Shown here piece after piece: positions 11,417 to 24,288 of a stretch of DNA of 64,000 nt (the first letter of the stretch is position 1; each line of letters starts with the position of its first letter). The DNA is taken from the NCBI RefSeq assembly GCF_006345805.1, contig NC_043004.1, positions 46,190,001 through 46,254,000 of the forward strand, in the 5' to 3' direction. A model generated the notes under the pieces. The model worked only from the letters and a program-made list of their open reading frames with translations. It searched no databases and was not told the DNA's origin. Source of the stretch: Octopus sinensis. Taxonomy: Eukaryota. The translations under genes and the position numbers were made by a program.

Positions 11417-12579
11417 CTGAATGGGAAGGTAAAATCGAAAAGCAAATTACAATATTTGGAACCAACAGACGGTATATTAGGTCGCCCTTTGATAGTGATT
11501 CTTTTGCAAAGCTAAAAGTGGTGATGTCAAAAATACATCTAGTGGAAATATAAAATCTAGATGCAAGTAAAACATCTAGCAACAACAATGAATGAGGATT
11601 TGTAGAATTTACACCATATATATCACTTACATTATAAACTGCTCTCGTCAAATGAATTCACGTAAAGAATCCGTGTATGGAGCACGGTGTTGGAGTGAAA
11701 AGTTTATAGACTGCAGTACGACAAAAATAAAACGAAGGACAACTTCAAATTATTATTACGCGCAACACGTATTCACTCATTACTGAAGTTTTCTATTTAA
11801 TTCTCGATAAAATGTTGTCACAATAAACAAAGCTAAATGAACATTGATAAAGAGGAAAATTGATAAAAAAGAGAATTCCAAAATAGAAGAGACCGTCTGT
11901 ACACATATTTCTCTAATGTTGAAGTTAAATGCAAAAGAAAACCTGAGAAATGTCCTAGTGGACTATAGCTTTGGATTTATATCTGTGACTATTAATAAGC
12001 TTGAATATGAAACTTATTTCCTGGCGATATTTGTAAGAGGCTGCACATAATAATTCTTCAAAGGATATAACTATTTAGGAAATTTCAATTAGAAGACAAT
12101 TATTCAAATTTTACAAAGTATATTATATATGCTCGGCGTTTATCCACTAAGTGAAATTGCATGTATATATATATAAATAAACAAAGCCCTACTTGCAATG
12201 AAACGCATGTTTGCATACGTACGTATGCGAATACATACATTCATAATTGCAGACATTTTAAACATACATTATTTTATACATGCATTGCATACATGCATTA
12301 GCTTGAAACTGAAAATACGCTTACGTAGACAAGGAAAATCTACAGATGCTTCTCAACAAAACGTCCATCAAATATAGATATATCAGATCCTATATACTTA
12401 GTTGAGAGAGAAATGCAAATTATGAGGAGTTGTAGAGATCGGTTACTCAGTATCAAGATAAAAGCAAAAGGGACTATTTACAACAATCGCTTGGAAATTT
12501 TATACTTCTCGGTTTTGGATATGAATTTAAATCTGTAACTATAATTAATGGTTTATAACGAGAGATTCTCAATGTCCAG

Positions 12580-12644
12580 GCAATGATTTTGCTCAGCTGA
12601 GGTTTTATGGAAGAGAAAATCAGCAGCTTTCAAGTACTTCAAAG
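12580..12644 (+). CDS. Candidate coding exon (GNDFAQLRFYGRENQQLSSTSK)
   Basis: Acceptor ttctcaatgtccAG, donor AAG|GTATGT, one open frame. Confidence 0.2.
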
Positions 12645-13587
12645 GTATGTTACGAACTAATTCTTTCTAATGTTGGAAGACGGCCAGATACTCGGAAGTG
12701 AAGGGAAATTGTTTATGTCGACTCCATGCGCAAGCGACACGAATTTACCGATCTCGAAAGCATAAGATGTAAGAAAATATGTAATAATGAAAATTTAATT
12801 GCTTAAATTCCTTAAATTTCAGCAAGTATCACTTCACCAGTGTCAATATGTAACATTTAGAGCTTTGTTTCATTCTTAGAAATAGACATGAGTTCTATAT
12901 CGAAAGAGTTAAAATAAGTGAAATGAGATAAAATAAGTGAAATACATTCATGCACACATCGACAATATGCTAACAACTTAGCACCAACTCATGCAAAAAA
13001 CATCTATGTATGTATCTTTCTGTCAGTCTATCTATCTGCCTCTATATCAGCTTGTTTGTCTGTCAGTCTGTCTTTTTGCCTGTCTATCTGCATGTTTCAC
13101 TTTCTCTGTCTCTCACTCTCTCACGCACTCTCTCTCTATATATATATATCCAACTATCTATCTATCTATTTGTAGATAAATCTATAGCTGTCTCACTGAA
13201 ATTGCCATTATTTATATGATTCCGCTTTCTTTCTCGTTTGGAGACTATCACTTTCGTTATAGGAGAGAGGAGCAGCTTCTTTCTGCATTGGCAAGAAACA
13301 TAGAAATATAAACGAAATAACCTGTATACATATATATGCATGTATACTTACCTACCTGCGTGCATGCATACATACCTACATACATACATTCTTACTACAT
13401 GCGTACATAAATGCATACACACTTATGTACGTACATACACATTCCAAAGCTGGAGATATACTTTTTTGTAACAATCTCGTTCTTTCCTTATATGAATCCA
13501 TATAATTAAATATTAAATGTAACTGACACCATGAGCTGTCCATAGATGAAATTGTTTTCCTGCATATATTTAAACCTACTTTCACAG

Positions 13588-13658
13588 ATAAAGTGTTATT
13601 GACAAGTTATGTCGGAGAAGAGGGTCAAAAACTTCAGGTTATTACAGACAAACTTTCG
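13588..13658 (+). CDS. Candidate coding exon (KVLLTSYVGEEGQKLQVITDKLS)
   Basis: Acceptor cctactttcacAG, donor TCG|GTGAGT, phase 1-0 frame open. Confidence 0.3.
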
Positions 13659-14222
13659 GTGAGTATTTTATTATTCAGAGATTCTGCTAAGCAACAACAA
13701 AACATGTCATTCATTGAAGAGAAGTGAATTCAATGTGTGCTCATAGTTTGATGACCTAACCTGCGACCAAACATTTACTAGACAAATATTCCGTAACAAA
13801 TGCTATTCTATTTCGTGAGAAACCGGTTCTTTTTCCATTAGTATACTTAAATTGATTAAAGACAAAAGATATATATAACTAAATACAAGAATACACACAT
13901 ATATATTTATTTATACACATGCATTTTGAACTACCTTGTAACCGTCCAAAAGCTCAATTTAATTGATTTTATACACAATTCCTAAACAATACTCAAACGT
14001 TCGTGGAAGTTCCTTACCATGGAAGAGAGCCCTCGAACGGTAGTCTGCAAATAAAATGAAATTGTTTGAGAGATTACGATATTTTTCTAATATTAAACAT
14101 GCAATACTTTTGTGTTGATGATATCTCAGTTCCAATGATAAAGCATTGTATTTTAGTTGCAAAACATCCGTTTTCTCTTCAGTAATATTTCAAGGAATCA
14201 AATAGGGAAAATAGACGCACGT

Positions 14223-14407
<185 letters not shown>

Positions 14408-15551
14408 ATATGTGTATCAGTACATATATCCCTCTCTACAATTCTATAATTACTTGTCTTTACTTTTCATATATTTGATGTTACCTGTTTAAAGTCCCAG
14501 TTATTCTCCTGTTTTGACTTTCACTTTTTTCTGTTCTTAAATCATATTATGTTCTGAAAAATAATCTATATCTGCTGTTCATTGCTCTTTAAAAATAACG
14601 TATTTTTATTCCCCCATGGGGCTTCTAAAACTACTTGGCTCTTAACATGTTTATTTACTATTTTCGATTTTCGCCATGAAATCAAGATTACCTTTTTATT
14701 TTTTTTATATTATTAGATTCATATCTAATTTCACCAAATTTAATGATAGTACAGGAAGAAATAAATTGCATCTTTTACTTGCGACATTGAGAGATATTTC
14801 TTTTATTCTGAAATCCAATTTCTTTTACTATAAATTGTATAATGCACTACTTTTTTCTTTTTACTTTTCCCAACAAAATTCGATATTGCTTATACATATA
14901 TATAGTATGGACTTTAAAATAAAAAAAATATATAATAAACATATTCTATCAAGAAAACAATACAAAGAAAGATGGTAATTTCATATATGCGATGAGTGGT
15001 ATATCTTTCTACTATAGATTTTTTTTTTCGCTATCATTACAAAATAAATCTTCGATGGTCCTGATGGGTAAATCTAATGCACTAGTTTACCGACAGCAGG
15101 CAGAATAGAAATTACAGCCCTGAAAACAAGCACGAGCTAAAAAACTACTTGCACGCAACTCAATCCTCTAAAGTAGATAAAAAAACGTCGTATTGTTCAA
15201 TTTACCTTACGCCTCAATGCTTAATCTTTTAAGGGAATCACTATTTTTAGTTTAACTTTGCATTATCCAAATCTATAATATTTTTTGTTATATTATATTT
15301 AGATATATACTCAAAGATTAATTTGTTCTTTTATTTTTTTTACTATTCGTCTTCTTCTTCTTCCACTTCTCCTATTTTCTTCTCGTATTTATCCCAAGTG
15401 ATGAAAGAAATATAACTTTCTCTTTTTATTTTTACTGAACCCTTTAGGCGTTCTCCAAACGCACGCGCTCAAAAACAGATATACACAAATGCGTTCATTT
15501 TTGTATACATACTTAGACACACACACATACGTAATACATGCATATCTGTGA

Positions 15552-15613
<62 letters not shown>

Positions 15614-16164
15614 TACGTAGGACATGTCCTCCTATACATAGTCGATGAAAGAAGATATTATGAGTTATCTAAAATAATTTTACGAGTACACACACACATG
15701 TGCTTGTGCGTAAAGGCGTTTTGCGCGAGTGTATGTGAGTCTGTACCAAAATCATATATCTGAAATAGGGTAGTGTAGCATGTTTATACCCTGTTTAAAG
15801 GAAATTTGTAAAAAAAAACAGATTTATATTATAATCGGTTTTGTTATTTCTATTCAATTTTAAATCTTTGTTATACATTGCATGTCATGCCTCAATCGAG
15901 AAAGCACCTCTTACCTCTATCTCAATCTCTTTCCTATCTATTTAAATAAATAATTAAATTGCTGGTTACCTAGTTACCTTTACACATATCTATGTATGTA
16001 ACTACCTAAATATATATATATATATATACATGCATACAGATATACACACTCACACACATATATATGTGTGTGTATGTATGCCTGTATGTATGTATGCGTA
16101 TAATGAAAGAAAGAAAATGCGCACACACTTTACGTATTTTAATATATTTAAAAAAATATTATAT

Positions 16165-17490
16165 ATTGCTTGTCCACGGGTTTCGCTTTAGCTAATCATG
16201 ACATTGAAATTATTGTAATTTCGTATTTTCTTAAGAAGACTTTAGTCCATGTTGTGCGTGGAGAAATTTATGAATGACTGATTCAGCAATTAGAATAGTC
16301 TAAGGAGAAGTAATTGGTGATCGTTGTGATTTGGGACAGAGGGGGGATTGTTCATCTTTCGGGCCGGGGATACATAAATACAAGCAAAACTCAAAAGCTA
16401 AAGTAGTGAGATGAAATATGTAGAGTAATAGATATGTAATCGTGAATTAAAATATATACTGAGATGTAAGTTGGTTGTACGTTCATATTTAGACATCTGT
16501 ATATTTCGATTAACAAATGTTATTATTTGCACTGTTCGATGTGGAAAAATGTGAAGTGTGGTTGGATATTACCTGCACATTTCTCTATGTGTTCACACAA
16601 AGGAATCATTCTGTATTGCGGGAACCGGATCTGTTCCTTATGTGGTGTTGTACTCCGTCTCAGTGTCATACTTGCCGGTCATATACAGTTATGTTCACAA
16701 TCAGAGTAAGTTATAACATAAACTATATTCTCGGAAGCACAAGTGACCATCTCACCTTGTTTGAATAGAAATTCCGAGTCTTCCAGCAGGTTGAGGCACA
16801 TTCCACAGTTTGGTCGTCTACATTTTTTAACCGTTAGTTATGTGGTTGCTGTGTAAATCTTCGCATTTGCTAGAAGTGTTTTAGCGTTGTGTGTTGCTTT
16901 CTGTGTTTGATGAATGTTGTTCATTTTTGAATCTCTAGTGAATATAGGTAGATTTTGTACAATGGTTTTGTATGACTCATCGTTTCTAGGGTTGTGAGTT
17001 GATATATACAGTAGTGTTTTGAGATGAGTTGTGGTATTACGTTTTGTTGCACTTAGTGCTTTAATGACTAATTTCTTAACACGCTTAATTCTATCGTCTA
17101 TAAGTGAGGGTAGATATTGTCTTTCAGTTACTGTTACTCTGAGGTTTTGAAGACGAAGGTCCCAAGTATTTCTATAAGTTACTATTGTGAAAATCCTGTT
17201 TGCGAAATTAAAGGGGATGTTTTTTCTGATGTGTTTCGGATGGCATGAGTTACACAGGAGATATTGCTTCGAGTCCGTTGGTTTATGATAAATGTTAGTA
17301 ATAATTTGGTTTTTGACTTTTCTTATCATAATATCAAAGAAAGGGAGCTGTTCTTTGCTATATTCCATTGTAAATTGAATGTTAGGGTTTACATTATTTA
17401 GTATTGTTGTGAATTCTAAAAGAATATAAATGGTCTCCTTCCAACTGATAAAGCAGTCATCCAGGTATCTTTTCTAGTTTTCTCTCTGCA
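16165..17490 (-). mobile_element. Penelope-like element: RT C-terminus/thumb, GIY-YIG endonuclease and pLTR
   Basis: RYLDDCFISW (RT catalytic motif); ORF 16838..17368 with LPFFDI..TNIYHKPTDSKQYL..SCHPKH..KNIPF (PLE thumb); then KKCRRPNCGMCLNL..TCASENIVYVIT...LRRSTTPHKEQI (CCHH/GIY-YIG region, decayed). Confidence 0.9.
16171..16203 (-). ncRNA. Degenerate type I hammerhead in the PLE pLTR
   Basis: Minus strand TGTC / ATGATTA / GCT-AA-AGC / GAA / ACCCGT / G / GACA. Topology is exact; core has C3>A and G8>U, and the cleavage site is GUG. Confidence 0.5.
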
Positions 17491-17499
17491 ACAAAAATC

Positions 17500-17968
17500 A
17501 GTATACTAACTAAAGGATTAGACTTTACCCCAACACCACGAAGATTGGTTTCCTTATGTGTTATTAATCTTTACACTAACGTTCCACCTGACTATGGAAT
17601 ATAAGCAATAAAATTTTGGTTCGAGAAGTACCCCGAAGTAATTCCGGAACGCATAAACCAGGTCTTTCTTATTGAATCGTTAAAATTTATACTTCAGAAA
17701 AATTATTTCTAATTTGATGAAACCTACTATCGTCAAAAATGTGACATTGCGATGGGAACGAAAAGAGCCCCTGTTCTTTTGAACATAATAATGGGTTATA
17801 ATAATGATAAACATCTGGAATTCAAATAAATACTAAATAATATGAACCCTAACTTTCAATTCACAATGGAATATAGCAAAGAACAGTTCCCTTTCTTGGA
17901 TATTTTGATAAAAACATGTCGAAAACTAAATTATAACTGACATTTATCCAAAAACAACGGACTCGAGG
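17500..17968 (+). mobile_element. Penelope-like RT fragment, inverted relative to the adjacent copy
   Basis: Translates as VINLYTNVPPDYG ... YYRQKCDIAMGTKRAPVLLNIIMGY, then a deletion removing the YLDD motif, then NPNFQFTMEYSKEQFPFLDIL..TDIY..TTDS. Confidence 0.88.
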
Positions 17969-18356
17969 CCGTTCATTTGATTTTATGCTGAATGGCTTTT
18001 ATTCTCTATATACTAATTATGTTTCATATTTATACCTCACTAATTTAATTGTTACCATTATATCATCATTTCAAAGGCGATTAATGTCACCTCTCTCTCT
18101 CTTTCTCTTTATATATATATATATGTATATGAAAGAAGGTTTAAAAATGTAATTTTAAAAGATGTTTATTTACTTTACTGGTTTCACTTTTTTAGAAAAA
18201 GATTGTCAAAAGTAACATGCAAAAGGTCGGTTGTGTTAGTTTGCCAAACGTTATATATATATACATATTATTACCTATATACATGTACATACGCGTGCGC
18301 ACGCACGCACACGTGTACTTACACACACATATACACTCACATATATATTTATATAA

Positions 18357-18388
<32 letters not shown>

Positions 18389-19734
18389 ATATATATACAT
18401 ATATATACGTCGTGATTTGTGCAGAGTGATGAGCGGAATACCTGGCAATTATAGTGTACTTCAGTAACTGTGGGAAGATGGTAGTAAGTTTTCCTCAACC
18501 GTGTCCTATCCCAGAAAGCTTGCAACCGATTTTTTTAAAGACAACGTGTCCCTGGATACAATACTGCGGAAAATTAACCGTACACGATGAAAATAAGAAC
18601 TGTTGGTAGTCTTCAAATGTCTCGTTTAACAAATATTTCCTACATTATTTTACTTTCTCTGTGCTGGTGTAGGAGAGGTTTGCCAAAAATTCGGCAATGT
18701 CGGATTGAAACCACAATCGGAGTTTCTACAAGATATTGTCAACCACTCCAGTGTACAAGCAAACAAAGAAACTGCGTCTTAAGAATATAGAAAATCTTCT
18801 TCCAAAACGCAGTTCTTACGTTGCAGGTGTCATTAAATTTCCGAAAGCCAGCGCAATTATTGTCTTCAGAATGCCCAATACATCAAGATTTCTCATAATG
18901 AGAATATTTCCCCTGATATGATGATTGTTGTACACAGATGAGAATATTGCCAGAAATTACTTTGTTCTGAAAATAATCAATATTCATTCATAATCAACAT
19001 ATTTGTCCAAGGCCAGGAAGTATGTTAATGCTACAGATTCTATAGCCTTGATTTCCAACAAGGTTTCCATTTCGCCTGAGATAATATCATGAATAACAGC
19101 AAAGGGCATTAATATGTGAATGTGCAATGCGAAAATTAGGCTCTATTTTTTAGAATATTTGTATGTTTACCTATTGTTGATCTTTCAATCCATGGCAACC
19201 ATAAAACCATTGCTTAATCAAAGAAATTCAAACTTTACTCATCTAGTCATTTAATTAAAAAATATTGACGATAATATTCCTGATTGTATGTAATTCGCCA
19301 GTCATATGCAGTAATACAATGTTACGTGATCGATATTTTGCTGATAATTCTAGCAGGAGATACGAAAGACGTGAGTAAAATCGGCATGCTTTCTTTACCC
19401 TCGTTATGTAAAGTCCACACACTTATATACAAGTTTACAGGTGTACAAGTATACACACAGACACACACACATGCACGTTGATGCACACTCACGCACACAG
19501 GCGTATATATCTACACATGTATATGTATGTGCATACATGCATATACATGTACAGATATAGAGATATCGGGAGCTCTAATCAGGAAAAGTAACAAAGAAAA
19601 AGAAATAATAACACCATACAAAATATCTGTCAACAAATCGAACAGAACAGAATATATATTATGCACCTGAAAATAATTACTAACGCTATGAAGCAATCAC
19701 GGAACAGATACCTGTTCCTCTTAAAGTAGTTCTC

Positions 19735-19960
19735 GAGGAACTACAGAGTGTGGCAAAGCTGGCCCTTTGAAATACAGGTACAAAAGAAACAAAGAGTGAG
19801 AGAAAGTAGTGGTGAAAGAGCACAGCAGATTTCGCCACCTGCCCCCGCTAGAATCTCGTGGATCTTTATTGAGCAAAGTGTTTTTGCTCAATAAACACTC
19901 ACTACTCCCGGTCTGGGAATCGAGTCTGCTGCCTTAAATACTGGGCCATTGCACCTCCAC
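19735..19960 (-). mobile_element. tRNA-derived SINE (family D)
   Basis: Reverse complement begins gtggaggtgcaatggcccagt..gactcgattcccagacc (tRNA-like, internally deleted) and carries gtacctgtatttcaaagggccagc..., shared with family C. Confidence 0.65.
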
Positions 19961-19989
19961 TCTGAGGAAATACATGTACCACACATATA

Positions 19990-20460
19990 CCTTAAACCTA
20001 AAATAGCCAATACAAGATCTAAACCTGACGATGGCAAACAAAACTGATACAAACAAGTGTTTCATCAACTTAAACAAGATAATATTGCGAATAACAATTG
20101 TAGTTATGCAGACATTTACCTCTAACATCTTGAATCCAATATGAAATATAAGATATACAGAAGAAAACAAGAAATATTAGTAAGTATATCTTAAGCCTGA
20201 ACGAAATCCATAACGGACCATCAAGCTTATAAAGTAGGAGATGCGCGTTATATAAAAAGGTGAAAAGAAGAGATACACAAAATTAAAAACGTACTCGAAA
20301 ACAAACAAACAAGAACGTCTCTAGCGAGGGAAGCTTTGAAAGAGATTACGAACAGTTCAAATCTGACTCAAAACGATCCCCTCAAAAACAAGCTAAAAGT
20401 GAAATAATAACCAAATACAGCACCGGATGCAAGATATTAGAAGGTATCATAGTGAGGAGT
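19990..20460 (+). mobile_element. Very old R4-like RT fragment
   Basis: Scattered residues such as MQTFTSNI and KIKNVL in the order of the post-YMDD R4 RT region. Heavily degraded. Confidence 0.3.
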
Positions 20461-20511
20461 GTTGACAGAAAAAAGGAATCCTGCATGATAATATTTTATA
20501 AACAATAAACA

Positions 20512-20716
20512 TATTGATTTCAAATTTTGACACGAAGCTAGCAATTACAAGGGAGGAGGTAAGTCGATTACATCGATCCCAATGCACAACTCAACTGGTA
20601 GTTATTTCATCGATTCCGAAAGGATGAAAGACAAAGTCGGTCTCGGCGGAACGAACACAGAACCTAAAGATAAACGCAATGCCGTTATGCATTTTGCCCA
20701 ACGTGCAAACGATTCT
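20512..20716 (-). mobile_element. tRNA-derived SINE (family B', variant tail)
   Basis: Shares gtcgattacatcga..actggta..atcga..cgaaaggatgaaag..aaagtcg..ctcggcggaa with family B but ends in ..caaaatttgaaatcaat. Confidence 0.75.
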
Positions 20717-20840
20717 ATGACGTTACAGTATGAAGATTCCAGAATATCTTAACGTTCCAAGCGTCTTAAAGTATTATGTTTAAATAGAAAAACGTGTGAT
20801 GGTAGATATGTAGCAAAAGTAAAAGATATATATATATATA

Positions 20841-21275
20841 TCTCTATATAAACGGCAGTTTGTCTGTCTGTGTGTCTGTGTGTCTGTCAGGTTGTACCCT
20901 CACCCTGACCACGGCTTTCAACCGATTCCGATGAAACTTGACACACACATAGCCCAATATCATAATTCAAAACTAACGCAGTGAAAACTTTGAAAAGTTC
21001 CCCCAGTTCTGAAAAAATCGATAAATTCGACATGGGGTCGAGAATCTAAGCTTTTTATATGCAACACATTTTCTGTCTAGGGGACGCAACTTGACCTTTT
21101 TATCGCCCAAAGGGACAGCTAGGAACATCGTATATACAGAAGTATTCGAGTGAAGAGAAGACATTGCAACCTACACATGCGCCTTCGTTCCCTAGAGGGA
21201 AAGGATTAAATTGGGATTAGTCGTTGCCTGCTAGGGGCTCTTACATACCCGGGCAACGCCGGGCTATGCTGCTAG
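20841..21275 (+). mobile_element. Non-autonomous Helitron, about 435 bp
   Basis: A|TC 5' end (tctctatataaacggc), (CTGT)-type microsatellite and accgattccgatgaaactt near the 5' end, subterminal hairpin CCCGG-GCAACG-CCGGG (21248-21263), 3' CTAG|T, no TSD. These are the canonical Helitron termini. Confidence 0.85.
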
Positions 21276-21734
21276 TATAAATATATAAAAATAGAGAAGT
21301 TGGCCACACTTGAGTAGTTCATTGTGATTAAAACCATCTTAAACTTTTAACTTAAAGAAACGGCCAACTCCACAACTGTATTCGTACAAAGTCTTAAAAG
21401 CGTTCATAATAATAAATATAACTATATGATAAAAATTGCCCCATAACGCAAAATGAATATAAACAATTTTTTTTACATTTCTGCAGTGGGAGGCGTGTAG
21501 GCAAAGCTAATAAAGCTGTAAGCAACATTTACCGACCTAGTTAAATGTAGTCGAAGAGTTTAGAAGGAAAAAAAGATGGGCATACCGATTATAAACTCAT
21601 TTCACACGCGTATTTAAAAGAAATTAGTTACTATTCATTTAGCGTTGATGGTAACAGAATAACTTAAAGACGTCATAAGTAAATGATAGGTAATTATACT
21701 TATATGAAGAGGGAATTGTGAAAGCTAAAAACCA

Positions 21735-23060
21735 TCCGTGCTGGAGAAAATATATCCCAAGATAACATTCTCTCTCCAGTCTGTGTCTCCTGCCCAACAA
21801 TTAATTCCAGATCTAACTGGTAACAGGCTACTAGAAAAAATCGGAAGAGAGTACATAAGTGTGTTAAACAAAATGCTCTGGTATTCTGATAATAAAACTA
21901 CAAAGATAGTAGACTTAAAGAAAGGAACGTGTACGAGGAGGTACTGAAAATTTCCTAGCTTTAAGGGTATGGTGATAGGTTTGGTTGGAGGCCAAACCTT
22001 CCGAATTCTTTTACAGGGTTTAGAAAAACTGAAGGACCGCTGCAATATGTATGTGAATCTGAGAGGGGAATATGTTGAATAAAATCATAATTGACTGATC
22101 TTCCTGTATTTTCGTTTACCCAAAGACTGGAAAATTTCAGCACCTCCAAGTATTATGAAAGCTTATATCAAACAAGATAAACGGAAAGAAATAAGAGAAT
22201 TACACCAAATACGGACTTACAAATATTTAGCGGTCAATGAACCAGATAGAGCGCCAAACTAGCACAAAGACTCTCACACGAAATCTGTTAGGAAGAAATG
22301 TTATTGATTCAATTGGAATAATATTTCAAAGAGCTAGAGCTAGAAACAATATAAAAAAGAATATTTTCATCGATATTGTAGCTTTCCCTTAATATATCTT
22401 AACGATAATATCCTGAACTAGATGCTAAGTTAATTAGGAAGAATAAAGCAGAAGATATAAGAAATATATTTATTGAATTGAGAAACAGTATTGGAATCGT
22501 GACATAGATTATATTTGCAACGATACCAAAAAAGATATAGCTTATGCAACAGGAAGGTTTTTTATAAAATATCCAGTCCGACTACAAAAACATCTAGTAA
22601 AATATAATGAAAAACTAATAAAGATAACTAGAAAACCTGAACAGAATAAAAAAGTTTTTTCCTATTTTCAGACAGCAAATACAAAGCAAAAACGAAACTT
22701 ACAGACGTTTGTGAAACGAAAAGAGGACACACTACCGATTATTTTGAGAAATATGATAAGAACTAAGATGAAATGGTGCTGCGTAAGTTTAAGATACATT
22801 GATGCGATGGCTAAATTCTTCATAGCCAATAATTGGTAAACTGTGCCAAGAGGACAGGAAAATGAATAGCGCAGCAGTTGTTGACATCAGCAGGACTAGT
22901 GACTAAGACTGAAACATGACTAACACCAGTAGATTCTTCGTACCAAAATCTACTAAAATGACGCAAAATATATTGTTACTGTGTATAGCGGAAATATAAC
23001 TCTTTTGTCACTGGTAGCTTAGGCTTGGTCACTAACCATTGGAAAAGATTGGAAAGAAAT
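21735..23060 (+). mobile_element. Degenerate R4/Dong RT fragment interrupted by a mariner MITE
   Basis: GENISQDNILSP (GIFQGDSLSP-like), VLNKMLWYSD..KKG, then after the insert IRELHQIRTYKYLAVNE ... DIDYICN (DRLY-like) and a QQLLTSAGL-like block. Confidence 0.6.
21932..22152 (+). mobile_element. Internally deleted mariner (MITE-like), TA-flanked
   Basis: Imperfect TIRs TACGAGGAGGTACTGAAAATTTCCTAG / revcomp TACTTGGAGGTGCTGAAATTTTCCAG. Internal remnant LQGLEKLKDRCNMYVNLRGEYVE* is the mariner transposase C-terminus. Confidence 0.85.
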
Positions 23061-23230
23061 TATACTTATGCCAGCACAAGAAACTATCGACATTAAAGAT
23101 AGTAAATCGTTATATGCAACTCACACAGGGAAAATCGAAAGATTAGTTTATATATTTCTTTCTTAATTCTGGCAGATTCAAGGGAAAATATGCCAATAGA
23201 TGTTGTGTTCGTCACATGAGAACAACTTAC

Positions 23231-23311
23231 CATGGTAACATGTTCACAACGCACTGTATTCATTGGTACAAGAGATTCTGGGACACATGGAATATATTGT
23301 ATGGAAAATAT
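23231..23311 (-). CDS. Candidate coding exon (IFSIQYIPCVPESLVPMNTVRCEHVTM)
   Basis: Acceptor atgctttctttgagcatctatcAG, strong donor ATG|GTAAGT, 81 nt, only phase 0-0 is open. Confidence 0.3.
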
Positions 23312-23759
23312 CTGATAGATGCTCAAAGAAAGCATATCGACGCAGACAACGAAACACGAAACGAACATCGCAGATTCCGTCACCAACTGAAGGGAAATTA
23401 CATCTTAATCAATGCATCGATTTCAGCATTTCATAATTCATCTTTAAAAGAGAAAACGGAGTAGTTATCCAAAGATATACATCTGGATATAGAGATAACC
23501 TAATGCAGAGGATTGAAGACAAAAGTATTACCTATCAGAAGTACACTTGAAATCGAAAAGAAAACGCGATGAAAATAATTAGACAAACTTTTGCTCATAA
23601 ATATACACACAGCATTTTTGGAGTTAGCATTTTGGAGTTAACAGAGAGCGCCTGCACATATCTAAGTTACTTTCAACAGAACATATTAACATATCAAATT
23701 GAATCATTTTATATATCCAAGTACATATTTGCATCCGAATGCAGTGAAACATTGTAAAA

Positions 23760-23892
23760 TGTTTCCGCTTACCAAATCCACTCACAAGGATTTGGGTTGC
23801 CCTAGGCAATAGTAGAAGACATTTGCCCAAGATGTCACGCAGTGGTAGTGAACCTTGAACTATGTGGTTGGGAAGGAAGATTCTTACCACAC
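23760..23892 (-). mobile_element. Family A SINE, 5' half
   Basis: Homologous to the head and body of 7121-7542. Confidence 0.8.
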
Positions 23893-24236
23893 AAAATGGT
23901 TCATTCACTACAGCTGTTTCAAATGAGATTTTATTGATGAATACAGTTATTACATCATGCCAAAAAAAAAACCCGTTTTCTTCCAAGAATGAACATTATG
24001 TGCCACCATATGATTCCTGACTGACTTCAGCCAAAGAATGATTCGCTTACTCAAATTTGTAATTTATACAGGAAAATTTGTAATTTACACAGGAAAAACA
24101 TTAGGATGACAGGAGCGGGGAGAGATGTAAGGAAGGAGTTGTAGTAGGAGTATGAAAATAGTATAGGGAATGTGAATAAGATACTCTGCTCTAACTTCAA
24201 AAGATGAGGATATTTTATCGTATTCATAATCATTAG

Positions 24237-24288
24237 ATCATTGGACGACGAAGTTCAAACACTACAATTTAAAGAGATAATGAGGAAG
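24237..24288 (+). CDS. Candidate coding exon (SLDDEVQTLQFKEIMRK)
   Basis: Acceptor tattcataatcattAG, donor AAG|GTAAAT, phase 2-0 frame open. Confidence 0.22.

Noticed and set aside
13745-13830. TTGATGA...GAAACCGGTT as a hammerhead
   Set aside because: No stem I or stem II pairing.
18820-18975. Minus-strand exon-like segment (ttttcAG ... GTAAGA)
   Set aside because: Stops in all three frames. It illustrates that good splice signals arise by chance here.
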